NCBI GenBank assembly: GCA_963827655.1
Contig: CAWHCF010000018.1
Span: 1 to 56,573, forward strand
Origin: an uncultured Acidobacteriota bacterium
GTDB lineage: Bacteria; Acidobacteriota; UBA6911
Reading direction: 5' to 3'
Length of the DNA: 56,573 nucleotides
Shown: piece after piece, positions 22,490 to 32,071 of the stretch
How positions within the stretch are numbered: the stretch's first letter is position 1
How the letters are laid out: each line of letters begins with the position of its first letter
The notes under the pieces: model-generated
Database searches by the model: none
What the model saw: only the letters and a program-made list of their open reading frames with translations
Told to the model about the DNA's origin: nothing
Made by a program: the position numbers and the translations under genes

Positions 22490-23543
22490 CTACTCTCCAG
22501 GAATGATCGTTTCCCATTTCGACCAGTTTTCCAGGAGCTTGTGTAGGACGGTCCTTCCCACGAGATGCGCGGATTCGAGGCTGGGCAGGCCGCCGGCATA
22601 TTCTGCAAACACGCTTTCCTCGGCGCTCTGACCTGGCGCCTGCATGCTGTAGTTACTCGCCGTCCTCAACACAAGGACTCGCCGGAAGTCGACCTTGTGA
22701 ATCTTCGCAAGACGAGCCAGAGCGGTGACGGTGCCATTATCCTCCATATTGGTCATGACGTAGTTGCCCTGCCCGCCGGTCCAGAGTTTGACCCAGTCGT
22801 TGGCCCACTGATTCATGATCTTGCCGTGCCAGTACGTGCTGGACCCGAGGCTGTCGCCCTTGAGAACGAAGGGCGGGACCACGGCCTTCGGAAATCCCTT
22901 GTATCTGGCCCTGTAGGCGGCCATCTCGGGCGTGTCGATCAGCTTCAAGTCCTTTGTGATCGAGTAAGCCCAATCCACCAGCTTCGAATTCAACTGGAAC
23001 ATCACCGTGTCCGCGAAGGGTCGCTTGGGCATCTCGTTAGGCTTTCGGGAACCGAGAGCGAGCCGTCCGTAGGGCCACTGGGCCGGCGCCTCACGAGAGT
23101 CGAGTTCTCTCACAAGATCGCCGTCGAGCACGTAGTTAGCCCAGGCGGCGCTCCCGAGGGAAGCATCCTCCGGATCGACTCCCGCGATCCCTGCAATGAG
23201 CCAGTAAGATTTGGACAGATCAAAACGAGGATCCATTCCCAGCGCCATAATGGTTGCGCAAGCATTCGTCACACCGGCGCCGGTCAAGACTCCGAGCACG
23301 CCTTGCCGGGCGTTGATGCGTAAATCCCGATAGCCCGCCGGAAACGGCAGGACCTGATCGAGTTTCTCTCTCGACCCAAAACTGAAATTCGCCAGGGCGG
23401 TCGCCGGTGTCGTTGCCGCTCTCGAACATAGCCACGATTACCGCCCGGATCTTGATCGGCTTTTCCTGGGGCGGAGGCTGGAGCGCGATTCCCGATAATG
23501 CGGCAAAACCCAGGACCCGTTTTGTGAACCGAAAAGAGAACAT
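22490..23543 (-). CDS. purine nucleoside permease (NUP) family protein, secreted-type (frameshift ~23365)
   Basis: VAMFESGNDTGDRPGEFQFWVER, DPRFDLSKSYWLIAGIAGVDP, NMEDNGT, LRTASNY motifs; N-terminal signal-like segment. Confidence 0.82.
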
Positions 23544-23641
23544 CGGACTGTTAATCACCTTTCGACAATGTTTCGACTACAGAGAGTCGCGGGTAGCGGC
23601 ATGGTAACTCATACTTGTCGGCACTCTCCACTGCTTTGTAA

Positions 23642-23717
23642 TTCTTCGTGTCTCTGTATCCTGACGTATTTGTTGCGCAGCGCTAACCACAAAGACACGA
23701 AGACGCTAGTGAAACGC
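23642..23717. repeat. REP-like doublet (degenerate reverse 23642-23670, forward 23684-23717)
   Basis: ttcttcgtgtctctgtatcctg ... taaccacaaagacacgaagacgc. Confidence 0.8.
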
Positions 23718-23781
23718 AATGGTCGTTAGACTTCACGAATGACCGGTTTGCGTGCATACTGTCCTCAAAAGGAGCTCAGTA

Positions 23782-24006
23782 ATGCAGCTTGAACTCACCG
23801 CAGTTTTCAAGAAGGTTCCGGAAGGTTATATCGGCTTCGTCGAAGAACTGCCAGGAGCCAATACTCAAGGTTCCACCTTGGACGAAGCGCGTGCCAATCT
23901 CAAGGAGGCTGCCTTGATGGTACTGGAAGCCAATCGCACGCTGGCAGAAGAGGAGCTTCGCGGGGCGGAGGTCATACGGGAGCCACTCCGGATCTCCGCT
24001 GCTTGA
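23782..24006 (+). CDS. hicB: HicB-family antitoxin (short form)
   Basis: AAAGGAG RBS before ATG 23782; GYIGFVEELPGANTQGSTLDEARANLKEA. Confidence 0.88.
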   Translation: MQLELTAVFKKVPEGYIGFVEELPGANTQGSTLDEARANLKEAALMVLEANRTLAEEELRGAEVIREPLRISAA

Positions 24007-24188
24007 AGCGCATCGATCTCATCCGGCATCTAGAGCGATATGGCTGTGAGGTGTTGCGTGAAGGTGGCAATCACACCATCTACGTCAATCGACTAGCAAG
24101 AAAGACATCGTCGGTACCACGACATCGCGAGATCAACGACTACCTGGCAAAGAAGATCTGCCGTGACTTGGAAGTGTGCGAGCCGTGA
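24003..24188 (+). CDS. hicA: HicA-family toxin (mRNA interferase)
   Basis: TTGA overlap with hicB; REGGNHTIY and VPRHREI motifs, 61 aa. Confidence 0.88.
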   Translation: MKRIDLIRHLERYGCEVLREGGNHTIYVNRLARKTSSVPRHREINDYLAKKICRDLEVCEP

Positions 24189-24291
24189 AGTCTACCCTCG
24201 CGCGCTGAGCCGTCAGCCTGAAGACCTGGGTGGGCTTGCCTAGTTTTTGGGTAAGCTCATCGTGCGCATCGGCTGCGGCCCAGCGCCATGG

Positions 24292-25995
24292 TTAGACAGG
24301 GCGTCTTGGCTTAACTCCGCTCTTGTACCACTCGGGCATGCCCGCCGGGGCTCTGAATTGGAAGGGGCTGTTCAGGCTCTTCAAGATCTGACCATCCCGC
24401 CCATAGATGTCCTTGCGGAAGCGCACGGTGCCGTCCTGAAGCTCCTCCGCGGTCCAGTAAAGCAACAGGACGGCTACCGGCTTGGACAAGGAAACGGTTT
24501 GCGTTTCTCCAGATTCAATCACGCGCTCGATCGCCTCCCGGCTCCACTGCTGCGCGTCAGCGAGGAGAAGCTCCGCCAGCTTCAAGGGATCGTCGATTCG
24601 GATGCATCCCGAACTGAAGGCGCGTTCGGATCGATCAAAGAGCTCCGTGCTCGGCGTATCGTGCAAATAGACCGAGTACGAATTCGGGAACATGAACTTC
24701 ACTCGCCCAAGCGAGTTGTCGGGGCCGGGACCCTGCCGAAGCGTGTAAGGAAAGCGCCGGGAGGAGTAAGTGGACCAATCAATACTTCCCGGATCGATGG
24801 CATTGCCGTTTCCATCGAGGACCTGAAGGTTCTTTTCTGCCAGATAGCCGGGATTCTTGGCCACTTTCGGCAGAATGTCTTGGGCAAGAATCGTGGGCGG
24901 GACGGTCCAGGTAGGGTTGAATACCAGATACTTCATTTGCGCCTTGAAGACCGGCGTCTTGCGGTAAGGCCGGCCCACTTGAGCGCGCGAATCCCAGATG
25001 AGCCGGTTGGACTTGTAGTAGTAGGTCCGGAACGCGGCGATGTCCGCAATGATTAAATCATCCTGGGCACGAATGTCGCTGAAAAACCAGCGGGATCGTT
25101 CCAGATTGACTCTCATCTGATCGATCCGGGCGGCCACGGGGACGTTGAGCTCCTCCAGTGTCCCGCTGCCGGCCGCGCCGTCGGCGGCCAGGCCGTGGCG
25201 GGTCTGGAAGCGCTTGAGCCCCTCCTCCAGGTTGTGGTCAAAGAGCTCGGAGTCCTGAGCCGAGCCCTGTGGCAAGTCTCCGCTGATCTGGAGACGGGTT
25301 CGCAGTGCTGACACACGTTTCCCGCGGGCGCCGGGTTTGAGCGCTTCTCCAGGGGGCACGACCGGCCACCCTCCGCTGGCCGCGATCTGGCGGTATCGAG
25401 CCAGAGCCGATTTCAGACGCCCGTAAAACTCCAATTGAGGACTAGAGTCTTCGATGAACCGGGTCAGGGACGCGGATTTGATGGCGCTTTCAAGAGTCTC
25501 CGCCGGGTCTTTGCCCGCAAGATCCCTGGTGAAGTTCCAGTTGGGGTACAGCTCATCCGGATCCACCTTTCCGAACCTCAGGTGATATCCCAGACGAATC
25601 AGACTCTCGGTCAGCAGGATGTCCAGGTCCCCCCGAAGGGTGGAATTTGCTTCGGCCCGTTCAGCCCGGGCTCGAAGGCGACCGATGGCTTGGGCATGGT
25701 AGTCCTCTGGGTTCAACCCTTCTGCGTCCATTCGGGAAATAAGCTGCAGCAGTTCGTCCACGGCGCGCGGCTGAGTCCAGGCACGCTGAAACCCGCGGCG
25801 TTCATAGAACTCTGGTATCAGCTTCGTGGCAGCGATGACAGCTCCTTCGATCGTGAGACCTTTGCCGTCGCGGAATTGCTCGATGCGGGAGCGCAGGTGT
25901 TCGTCAGCCTCGAACGGGCGACCCATAGACCGCCGAGACGGCGGCAACAGCAGAAGAACGAGAGCGACAAGGAACCAGAGGGTTCGGAAACGCAT
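24292..25995 (-). CDS. ldtD: L,D-transpeptidase, YcbB/LdtD-like (scaffold + PG-binding + YkuD)
   Basis: signal from ATG 25995 (MRFRTLWFLV); FQTRHGLAADG PG-binding; FNPTWTVP, GPDNSLGRVKF, YLHDTP...SSGCIR catalytic motif. Confidence 0.9.
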   Translation of the reverse strand: MRFRTLWFLVALVLLLLPPSRRSMGRPFEADEHLRSRIEQFRDGKGLTIEGAVIAATKLIPEFYERRGFQRAWTQPRAVDELLQLISRMDAEGLNPEDYHAQAIGRLRARAERAEANSTLRGDLDILLTESLIRLGYHLRFGKVDPDELYPNWNFTRDLAGKDPAETLESAIKSASLTRFIEDSSPQLEFYGRLKSALARYRQIAASGGWPVVPPGEALKPGARGKRVSALRTRLQISGDLPQGSAQDSELFDHNLEEGLKRFQTRHGLAADGAAGSGTLEELNVPVAARIDQMRVNLERSRWFFSDIRAQDDLIIADIAAFRTYYYKSNRLIWDSRAQVGRPYRKTPVFKAQMKYLVFNPTWTVPPTILAQDILPKVAKNPGYLAEKNLQVLDGNGNAIDPGSIDWSTYSSRRFPYTLRQGPGPDNSLGRVKFMFPNSYSVYLHDTPSTELFDRSERAFSSGCIRIDDPLKLAELLLADAQQWSREAIERVIESGETQTVSLSKPVAVLLLYWTAEELQDGTVRFRKDIYGRDGQILKSLNSPFQFRAPAGMPEWYKSGVKPRRPV

Positions 25996-26210
25996 TGAAT
26001 CCTGGGTGGGGGAGTGTTTTGGAGTGCGGTGCGGCTTTGTCGAGGACCTTGTCTGGGGGAGAGAAAGGATATCAGCCGGTGATGAAATCACCGGACCGGA
26101 CAAACAATCGTCCGGCGCCCGGGCAAGGACGCCCGATGAAACCTTGGGAAAAGCATGCCAGTGACACATTTCAAGCTACCTCCTGTACTGCGCCCCGCAA
26201 GGGCGCATTG

Positions 26211-26406
26211 AATGAAAAAATGACCAATGACTAATGAGAGGAAAAGCTTTCATTGGTCATTTCTCATTTCTCATCTGTCATTTGTCATTAGTTGGTGCTG
26301 CGGGCCCGGGTTGCGCTCGCAGACTATGCGGGGCCTTGCCACACTCATGAAATGAAAAATGACCAATGACCAATGACTGATGACAGGGGAGTGCTTTCAT
26401 TTGGCA
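26211..26406. repeat. two heptamer-repeat palindromic modules, (AATGAC/A-N)n ... (TCATTN)n
   Basis: aatgaaaaaatgaccaatgactaatga ... tcattggtcatttctcatttctcatctgtcatttgtcatt (26211-26292); aatgaaaaatgaccaatgaccaatgactgatgac ... tcatttg (26347-26406). Confidence 0.8.
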
Positions 26407-26579
26407 AGCTTCCCAACCAGCGGACTCAGGTTCCCCGGATGCACCAGAATGGAATCGCGCTTCCGGTCGCTCCGCTTCGGTAGCCGTGCCACAACCTCTT
26501 GCCGGAGTTTGTGGTATAGTATTGGACTCGAACCGCTGGATTGCCAGAGGGCTTCGAGAATTAATTCAGGAGACTCTGG

Positions 26580-27149
26580 TTGGTTCAGCAAGACGCGAAA
26601 GACCCCCAGGTTTCAGCCAGTCGCCGCGCGCTTCTTCGCCGGCTCATCCTGGGAATCCCCGCAACGGCCTGTCTTTCATTTCTCCCCAGGACGGCCAAGG
26701 CCCGTGAAGAGCGCTCCCTGTCACTCTATCACACTCACACCGGCGAACGTTTATCGGTTGTTTATTATGCCGATGGCCGGTACCTGTCCGATTCTCTGCG
26801 CCAGCTTAACTTCCTGCTTCGCGATTTCCGCAATGACGAGATTCGAGAAATCGACCTGAACCTGCTCGACCTGCTGCATGAGGTGTCACGACGGGTCGGC
26901 GGATCCAGAACCGTGGAGATCATCTCTGCCTACCGGTCTGCTGAAACCAATGCCATGCTCCGCCGGCGGAGCAACGGGGTAGCCCGCAACAGCCTGCATA
27001 TGCAAGGTAAGGCCATGGACGTGCGGTTCCGCGGCGTCGACCTGGCCCAGCTTCAGAAGGCTGCCATGGTTCTGGGACGGGGTGGAGTGGGTTACTACTC
27101 GAGGTCGAATTTCATTCACCTCGACACCGGCCGCACCAGACGCTGGTGA
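26580..27149 (+). CDS. mepK: YcbK/MepK (DUF882, M15 family) peptidoglycan endopeptidase with Tat signal
   Basis: SRRALL; HTHTGE, LRDFR, ISAYRS.ETN, SLHMQGKAMD, GGVGYY...FIHLDTG. Confidence 0.9.
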   Translation: MVQQDAKDPQVSASRRALLRRLILGIPATACLSFLPRTAKAREERSLSLYHTHTGERLSVVYYADGRYLSDSLRQLNFLLRDFRNDEIREIDLNLLDLLHEVSRRVGGSRTVEIISAYRSAETNAMLRRRSNGVARNSLHMQGKAMDVRFRGVDLAQLQKAAMVLGRGGVGYYSRSNFIHLDTGRTRRW

Positions 27150-27265
27150 TGGGTTCTGTTTTTCCTCGCGTTTTCCTGATTAATGCTGACCCTCACGAAA
27201 TCTTGCAAGAAAAAGATTGAAGCCGCCGTTCGAAAAGTCGTAATCTCCGCGGCATCCGGAATTGT

Positions 27266-27292
27266 ATTCTCCGCGTTGCGCCTTCGTGGTTG
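27266..27292 (-). repeat. degenerate REP-like element (reverse)
   Basis: ttctccgcgttgcgccttcgtggttg. Confidence 0.5.
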
Positions 27293-27323
27293 ATTCTGTT
27301 CTATCATTCACCGGAGGGATTTC

Positions 27324-30300
27324 ATGGAGTGCCAGGAACGGTTCCGCAGTTGGATTTTGGCCGTCTTGCTTTGCCTCGCAGCATTTTTGCCGAACGCGCG
27401 CGGGCAAGGGCAGGCCGCGAATGGGATCATCGAAGGAGCTGTTGCTGATTCCTCGGGCGCGATTCTTCGAGGCGTCAATATCGAGGTGAAGAACAAGGAC
27501 ACCGGCTTCACGCGGGCGGTGGTCACAAATGAAGCCGGCCGCTACACGGCGCCCCTCCTTCCGCTCGGAACTTATGACATCACGGCGGAGCTTGCCGGAT
27601 TCGCCACGGTGAGAGTCGGTGACGTCCTGGTGCAGGTGGGACAGGTCAGGGTCGTGGATATAATGATGAAGGTTTCAACCATCAAAGAGACCGTGGTGGT
27701 AAGCGGCGGAGACGTGCCCCTGATCGAAACCTCACGCGCGCACACCAGCGCGATCATCAACGATCGTGCCGTGCACGAGCTTCCCATTCTGGCGCGCAAC
27801 TTCAACACGTTCGCGCTGCTGACGCCCGGAACGCTGGTTACCGCTCAAACCGGGTTGATCGAGACCGGTTTCTCGATCGGCGGCCAGAAAGGAACCAACT
27901 CCAGCTATGCCGTCGATGGCGCGGACTACACCAGCTCTTTTTACGCAGGCCAGACCGGCGGCGACCGGCCGCCTTTTACCCTCAGTCTCGAGGCGGTCAA
28001 AGAGTTCGTCGTGATGGCCAACGGAATCAACGCCGAGTTCGGGCGTTCCGGCGGCGGGCTGATGAACGTCGTCACTAAATCGGGCACCAACGATTTTCAC
28101 GGGAGCGGCTTCTGGTTTTTCCAGGATAAGAATTTTGTTCACAGCGATGCCTTCGGATTCCCGCCGCTGGGCCGCAGACAGCAGTTCGGCGCGACCATCG
28201 GCGGACCGATTGTAAAGGACAGGCTTTTCTTTTTTGCCGCCTCCGATAACCAGAAGCGAAGCTCGCCGATCAACCTGGTTTTCGACGGTCAGTCGATCCT
28301 GCAGGCGGCGGCAAACAGTGGCAATCCAAACCAGCGTGCCGCGGCTCAGGCCCTTCTGGGTAAACAGGGTCAAATATCGGCAGGCGACGACGTCTGGTCG
28401 CTGTTGGGCAAGGTTGATTGGATGATTAATCCGAACAACAATCTTTCGACGCGTTACAACCTGGCGCGCAACAGTCAGGAGAATGGAAGTTTTGGGGTGA
28501 TACGCCAGCGTGCCGCGGCGCCTGAGGCTTTCGGCCTGGAGGAAGACACGGTTGACGCCTTCAATCTCCAGCTGGCAACCATCGCCTCGCCAAAGCTGAT
28601 CAACGAATTCCGCTTCCATGTTACGCGCGAAGATCGGCCCCGCATCGAGAATGGGATCCCCGGAACGGTCCCGATGAATGACATTGAAAACGGCGCCTCG
28701 GTGGTCATCTTCGGCATCACTGCCTTTACCGGTTTGGGCGCGCCTTTCTTTCTGCCTATCGGCTCGGTGGAAGAACGCTATCAGTTCACCGATAATGTTT
28801 CCTACAGCTTTGGCAAGCATGACCTGAAATTCGGGACCGACCTCAACTTCATCGAATTTGATAACCTCTTCCGGGGCTTTGGCCGCGGCGTTTACACTTT
28901 CTTCAACTTTGACGCTTTCGCCGCCAGACAACCGAATCAGTTTCAACAGTTCTTCGGTTCCGGACAGGCGGTAACGCATCCCAAGTATACGGCTCTGTTT
29001 GCTCAGGACTCCTGGAAGGCCCGGCCGGGCCTGACCATCAGTTACGGTTTGCGCTGGGAGACCCAGCTCAATCCGACCGGAGACCTGCCGAATGCTGACT
29101 TTCTTGAAGGCACCGAAAAGATTCCCAACGACGTGCATCAGTGGTCTCCCCGGCTCGGCATTGCCTGGGATCCTGCGAACGATGGCCTGAATTTATTCCG
29201 AGCCTACGCGGCCTATCTCTTCGCTCCTACCCCGACTCTGCTGTGGGCCAATGTGCTGCGCCAGAACGGCGACGTGACCAACGGGGTAACGTTCCTCACG
29301 GGTAACCCGGCCGAGATCCCCCCTTTCCCTTTCCCGTACGAAGGCCCGTATCAAACGCCATTCGACCAATACCCGGGCACCATAACCACGACCAGCGGTA
29401 CCGTGCCTGGCGGCACGGTGAACATGGTAGATCCGAGCTTTCATAACCCGCGCATCTTCCGAACCAATGTGTCGTACGAGCGGGAGATCGTCAGGGATCT
29501 GACCGCAACCGTCACCTACGATTTCGCGTCAACTACCGGCAATCAGCGATTCCACGACCTGAACCTCTTTCCGGGGACTCCCCACCCCGTCACCGGGCGC
29601 ATCATTTATGATCGCAGCCAGCGTCCTTTTCCCTTCGCGGGGCAGGTCATCTCGCGCGAAAGCGGCGCGAGCGCGCGCTACAACGCGTTGATCCTGGCCG
29701 CCAACAAGCGGTTCAGCAGCCAGTTCCAGATGCAGGCTTTCTATACTTACGGCCGCAACTATGCCGACGACGAAAACGAGCGCCTGGCGACTACGATCGT
29801 GGGCTACGACCAATACAACTTCGGGTTGGACTGGGGGCGGTCGGTTCTGGACGTGCGCCACAATTTCGTCTTTAGTGGAGTGTTTGACGTTCCCTTCGGC
29901 TTCCAGCTGAGTCCGATAGTCCGGGCGCAATCCGGACGGCCGTTTAATGCCGTGACGGGAACCGACAGCCCGACAGCCTTCACGTTTTCCGCGGAAGCGC
30001 TCGATAACTTCCGCCGTTACATCGGTGATACTGACGCGACGGTGTTCGGTGGCGGCAACGGCGACCTCAACCAGTCACCCGCAGGTACTTTTGCAACCGG
30101 GGATCGTCCCATCGTTAACGGTACGTTGATTCCCCGTAATGCCTTCGACCAGCCCGCCTTCTTCCTGACCGACTTGCGGCTGGCAAAGAACTTTCGGTTT
30201 ACCGAGGCCCAGGAACTGCAGCTAATAGTCGATTTCTTTAATCTGTTTGACAACGCAAACAAATTCACCACCAACTGGGCGGTTTCATCTCCGTCTTTCG

Positions 30301-30362
30301 GCGCGTTGAATAACGCCGGCAGCCCCTTCGCGATTCAGCTAGCGCTGAGATATCGGTGGTGA
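27324..30362 (+). CDS. Oar-type TonB-dependent receptor
   Basis: GGAGG RBS; signal peptide; LPILARNF, TKSGTNDFHGS, QQFGATIGGPIVKDRLFFF; aromatic C-terminus LRYRW. Confidence 0.92.
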   Translation: MECQERFRSWILAVLLCLAAFLPNARGQGQAANGIIEGAVADSSGAILRGVNIEVKNKDTGFTRAVVTNEAGRYTAPLLPLGTYDITAELAGFATVRVGDVLVQVGQVRVVDIMMKVSTIKETVVVSGGDVPLIETSRAHTSAIINDRAVHELPILARNFNTFALLTPGTLVTAQTGLIETGFSIGGQKGTNSSYAVDGADYTSSFYAGQTGGDRPPFTLSLEAVKEFVVMANGINAEFGRSGGGLMNVVTKSGTNDFHGSGFWFFQDKNFVHSDAFGFPPLGRRQQFGATIGGPIVKDRLFFFAASDNQKRSSPINLVFDGQSILQAAANSGNPNQRAAAQALLGKQGQISAGDDVWSLLGKVDWMINPNNNLSTRYNLARNSQENGSFGVIRQRAAAPEAFGLEEDTVDAFNLQLATIASPKLINEFRFHVTREDRPRIENGIPGTVPMNDIENGASVVIFGITAFTGLGAPFFLPIGSVEERYQFTDNVSYSFGKHDLKFGTDLNFIEFDNLFRGFGRGVYTFFNFDAFAARQPNQFQQFFGSGQAVTHPKYTALFAQDSWKARPGLTISYGLRWETQLNPTGDLPNADFLEGTEKIPNDVHQWSPRLGIAWDPANDGLNLFRAYAAYLFAPTPTLLWANVLRQNGDVTNGVTFLTGNPAEIPPFPFPYEGPYQTPFDQYPGTITTTSGTVPGGTVNMVDPSFHNPRIFRTNVSYEREIVRDLTATVTYDFASTTGNQRFHDLNLFPGTPHPVTGRIIYDRSQRPFPFAGQVISRESGASARYNALILAANKRFSSQFQMQAFYTYGRNYADDENERLATTIVGYDQYNFGLDWGRSVLDVRHNFVFSGVFDVPFGFQLSPIVRAQSGRPFNAVTGTDSPTAFTFSAEALDNFRRYIGDTDATVFGGGNGDLNQSPAGTFATGDRPIVNGTLIPRNAFDQPAFFLTDLRLAKNFRFTEAQELQLIVDFFNLFDNANKFTTNWAVSSPSFGALNNAGSPFAIQLALRYRW

Positions 30363-30406
30363 CCCCGCGCAATGCCGGCGGTAAACAAAAAAGGTGTTGA
30401 AGAGCC

Positions 30407-31399
30407 GTGATGACGAATTCCAAACCGCTCGTAGTTCTCTGCGGACCGATCCATCCCGATGCCGTCGATCTTCTTGAGGGTGAGACCCGGGTCGTAATAA
30501 CCGAAGAAGTATCTGTGGAAGGTGTGATCGGCGCGGCATCGGAGGCCGAGGCGATTCTGTTCCGGATCGACCCTCCCTGCACGGAACGCCTCCTGGCTTC
30601 CTGTCCCAAGCTGAAGGTGGTGGGACGCCATGGTGTGGGACTCGATACCGTCGATCTTCCAGCCGCAACGGGCCTGGGAATCGCGGTCGTTCATGCGCCC
30701 GGTGTGAATTCGAATGCGGTCGCCGAGCACGCGATCATGCTGATGCTCTGCGTTGTCAAGAAGCTGGTGCCGGTCGACCGGGTGACGCGCCAGGGGGAGT
30801 GGCGCGGGCCGACCTCCCGGGGGATCGGGGAACTCAAGGGTCTGACGCTCGGGATCATCGGCGTGGGAAATATCGGCCGGCGCGTGGCTGAACTCGCCCA
30901 TGCCTTTGGAATGCGGACCCTCGGCTACGATCCTTATCTGCCAGCCGACGAAGTCCGGCGAAGGGGAACGGAGCCGGTCGCTGAACTGGCCTCACTGCTG
31001 CGGCAATCCGATATCGTCAGCTGCCACACTCCCTACACCAAGGAAAACCAGCGCATGTTCAACGAAGGAGCGATCGCTCAGATGAAGCAGGGTGCGATCT
31101 TCATCAACACGTCGCGGGGCAACGTGCAGGACGACCGGGCCCTCTATGACGCGCTGGCGAGCGGAAAACTCAAGGGGGCGGGGCTCGATGTATTCGAAGA
31201 AGAGCCCGTGCCGCTCGACAACCCGCTGCTCAAGCTCGACAATGTGGTATGCACGTCACATATTGCAGGGGTTAGCGAGCAGGCGTACCGATCTATCGGC
31301 CTGCAGGTAGCGGAGGAGATCCTGCGCGTGCTCCGCGGCGAAAGACCCATGGTCCTCGGTAATCCCGAACTCTGGCCTCGTCTCTCTCACCTTCGTTGA
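30407..31399 (+). CDS. D-isomer-specific 2-hydroxyacid dehydrogenase (SerA-like)
   Basis: RHGVGLD, AVAEH, GVGNIG, INTSRG, LDVFEEEP, SHIAG motifs. Confidence 0.9.
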   Translation: MMTNSKPLVVLCGPIHPDAVDLLEGETRVVITEEVSVEGVIGAASEAEAILFRIDPPCTERLLASCPKLKVVGRHGVGLDTVDLPAATGLGIAVVHAPGVNSNAVAEHAIMLMLCVVKKLVPVDRVTRQGEWRGPTSRGIGELKGLTLGIIGVGNIGRRVAELAHAFGMRTLGYDPYLPADEVRRRGTEPVAELASLLRQSDIVSCHTPYTKENQRMFNEGAIAQMKQGAIFINTSRGNVQDDRALYDALASGKLKGAGLDVFEEEPVPLDNPLLKLDNVVCTSHIAGVSEQAYRSIGLQVAEEILRVLRGERPMVLGNPELWPRLSHLR

Positions 31400-31417
31400 C
31401 GGGATCAACAAAAGCCG

Positions 31418-31450
31418 ACCTCCAAGACACGAAGACACGAAGAAACGCCA
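31418..31450 (+). repeat. REP-like element (forward)
   Basis: acctccaagacacgaagacacgaagaaacgcca. Confidence 0.85.
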
Positions 31451-31476
31451 CACGAAAACGACAGGAAGACGGTCAC

Positions 31477-31947
31477 ATGCCGGAAAGTGAAGCCAGGCCG
31501 GACTGGAAATCCCACGGCGTTCGGATCGTCCACGCTGGAGAGCTGGATACCAATACCCCTCAGACGCCGGGCATGACCCGCGCCGCTGCCATCAACCATG
31601 CGCGCGCCGGGGCCACGAAGCTCTGGGCGGGGACGGTCACGATCAATCCCAACGCCAAGACCGGGGCGCACCATCACGGCGAGCTCGAGAGCGTGATCTA
31701 TGTAAATAAGGGCCGGGCCCGGATGCGCTGGGGAGAACGCCTGGAGTTCACCGCGGAGGCTGGACCGGGTGATTTCATCTACGTTCCGCCCTTCGTTCCG
31801 CACCAGGAAATCAATGCCAGCACGGACCAGCCGCTCGAATGCGTTCTCGTGCGCAGCGGCCAGGAACCGATCGTCGTGAACCTGGACATTCCCACGATCG
31901 AGCCTCCGGAGGAAGTTCGCTGGATTGATCCCGCCCACCCGCGCTGA
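31477..31947 (+). CDS. cupin-domain protein
   Basis: TGAHHHGELESVIY and GDFIYVPPFVPHQEIN cupin motifs; ATG 31477 preferred because the upstream extension is repeat-derived. Confidence 0.88.
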   Translation: MPESEARPDWKSHGVRIVHAGELDTNTPQTPGMTRAAAINHARAGATKLWAGTVTINPNAKTGAHHHGELESVIYVNKGRARMRWGERLEFTAEAGPGDFIYVPPFVPHQEINASTDQPLECVLVRSGQEPIVVNLDIPTIEPPEEVRWIDPAHPR

Positions 31948-31952
31948 AAGTC

Positions 31953-31988
31953 CTTGGCGTTTCTTCGAGACTTGCTTCCTAGTGGTTG
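31953..31988 (-). repeat. REP-like element (reverse)
   Basis: tggcgtttcttcg is the exact reverse complement of cgaagaaacgcca at 31438-31450; ends gtggttg. Confidence 0.75.
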
Positions 31989-32071
31989 ACTCTGTTCAGC
32001 AGCGGGGTCCCTCACTGAGTCGATTTCCCATTCGCCTGCAGTACCCACATGCTGCGGATCGGGCCGGCGGC

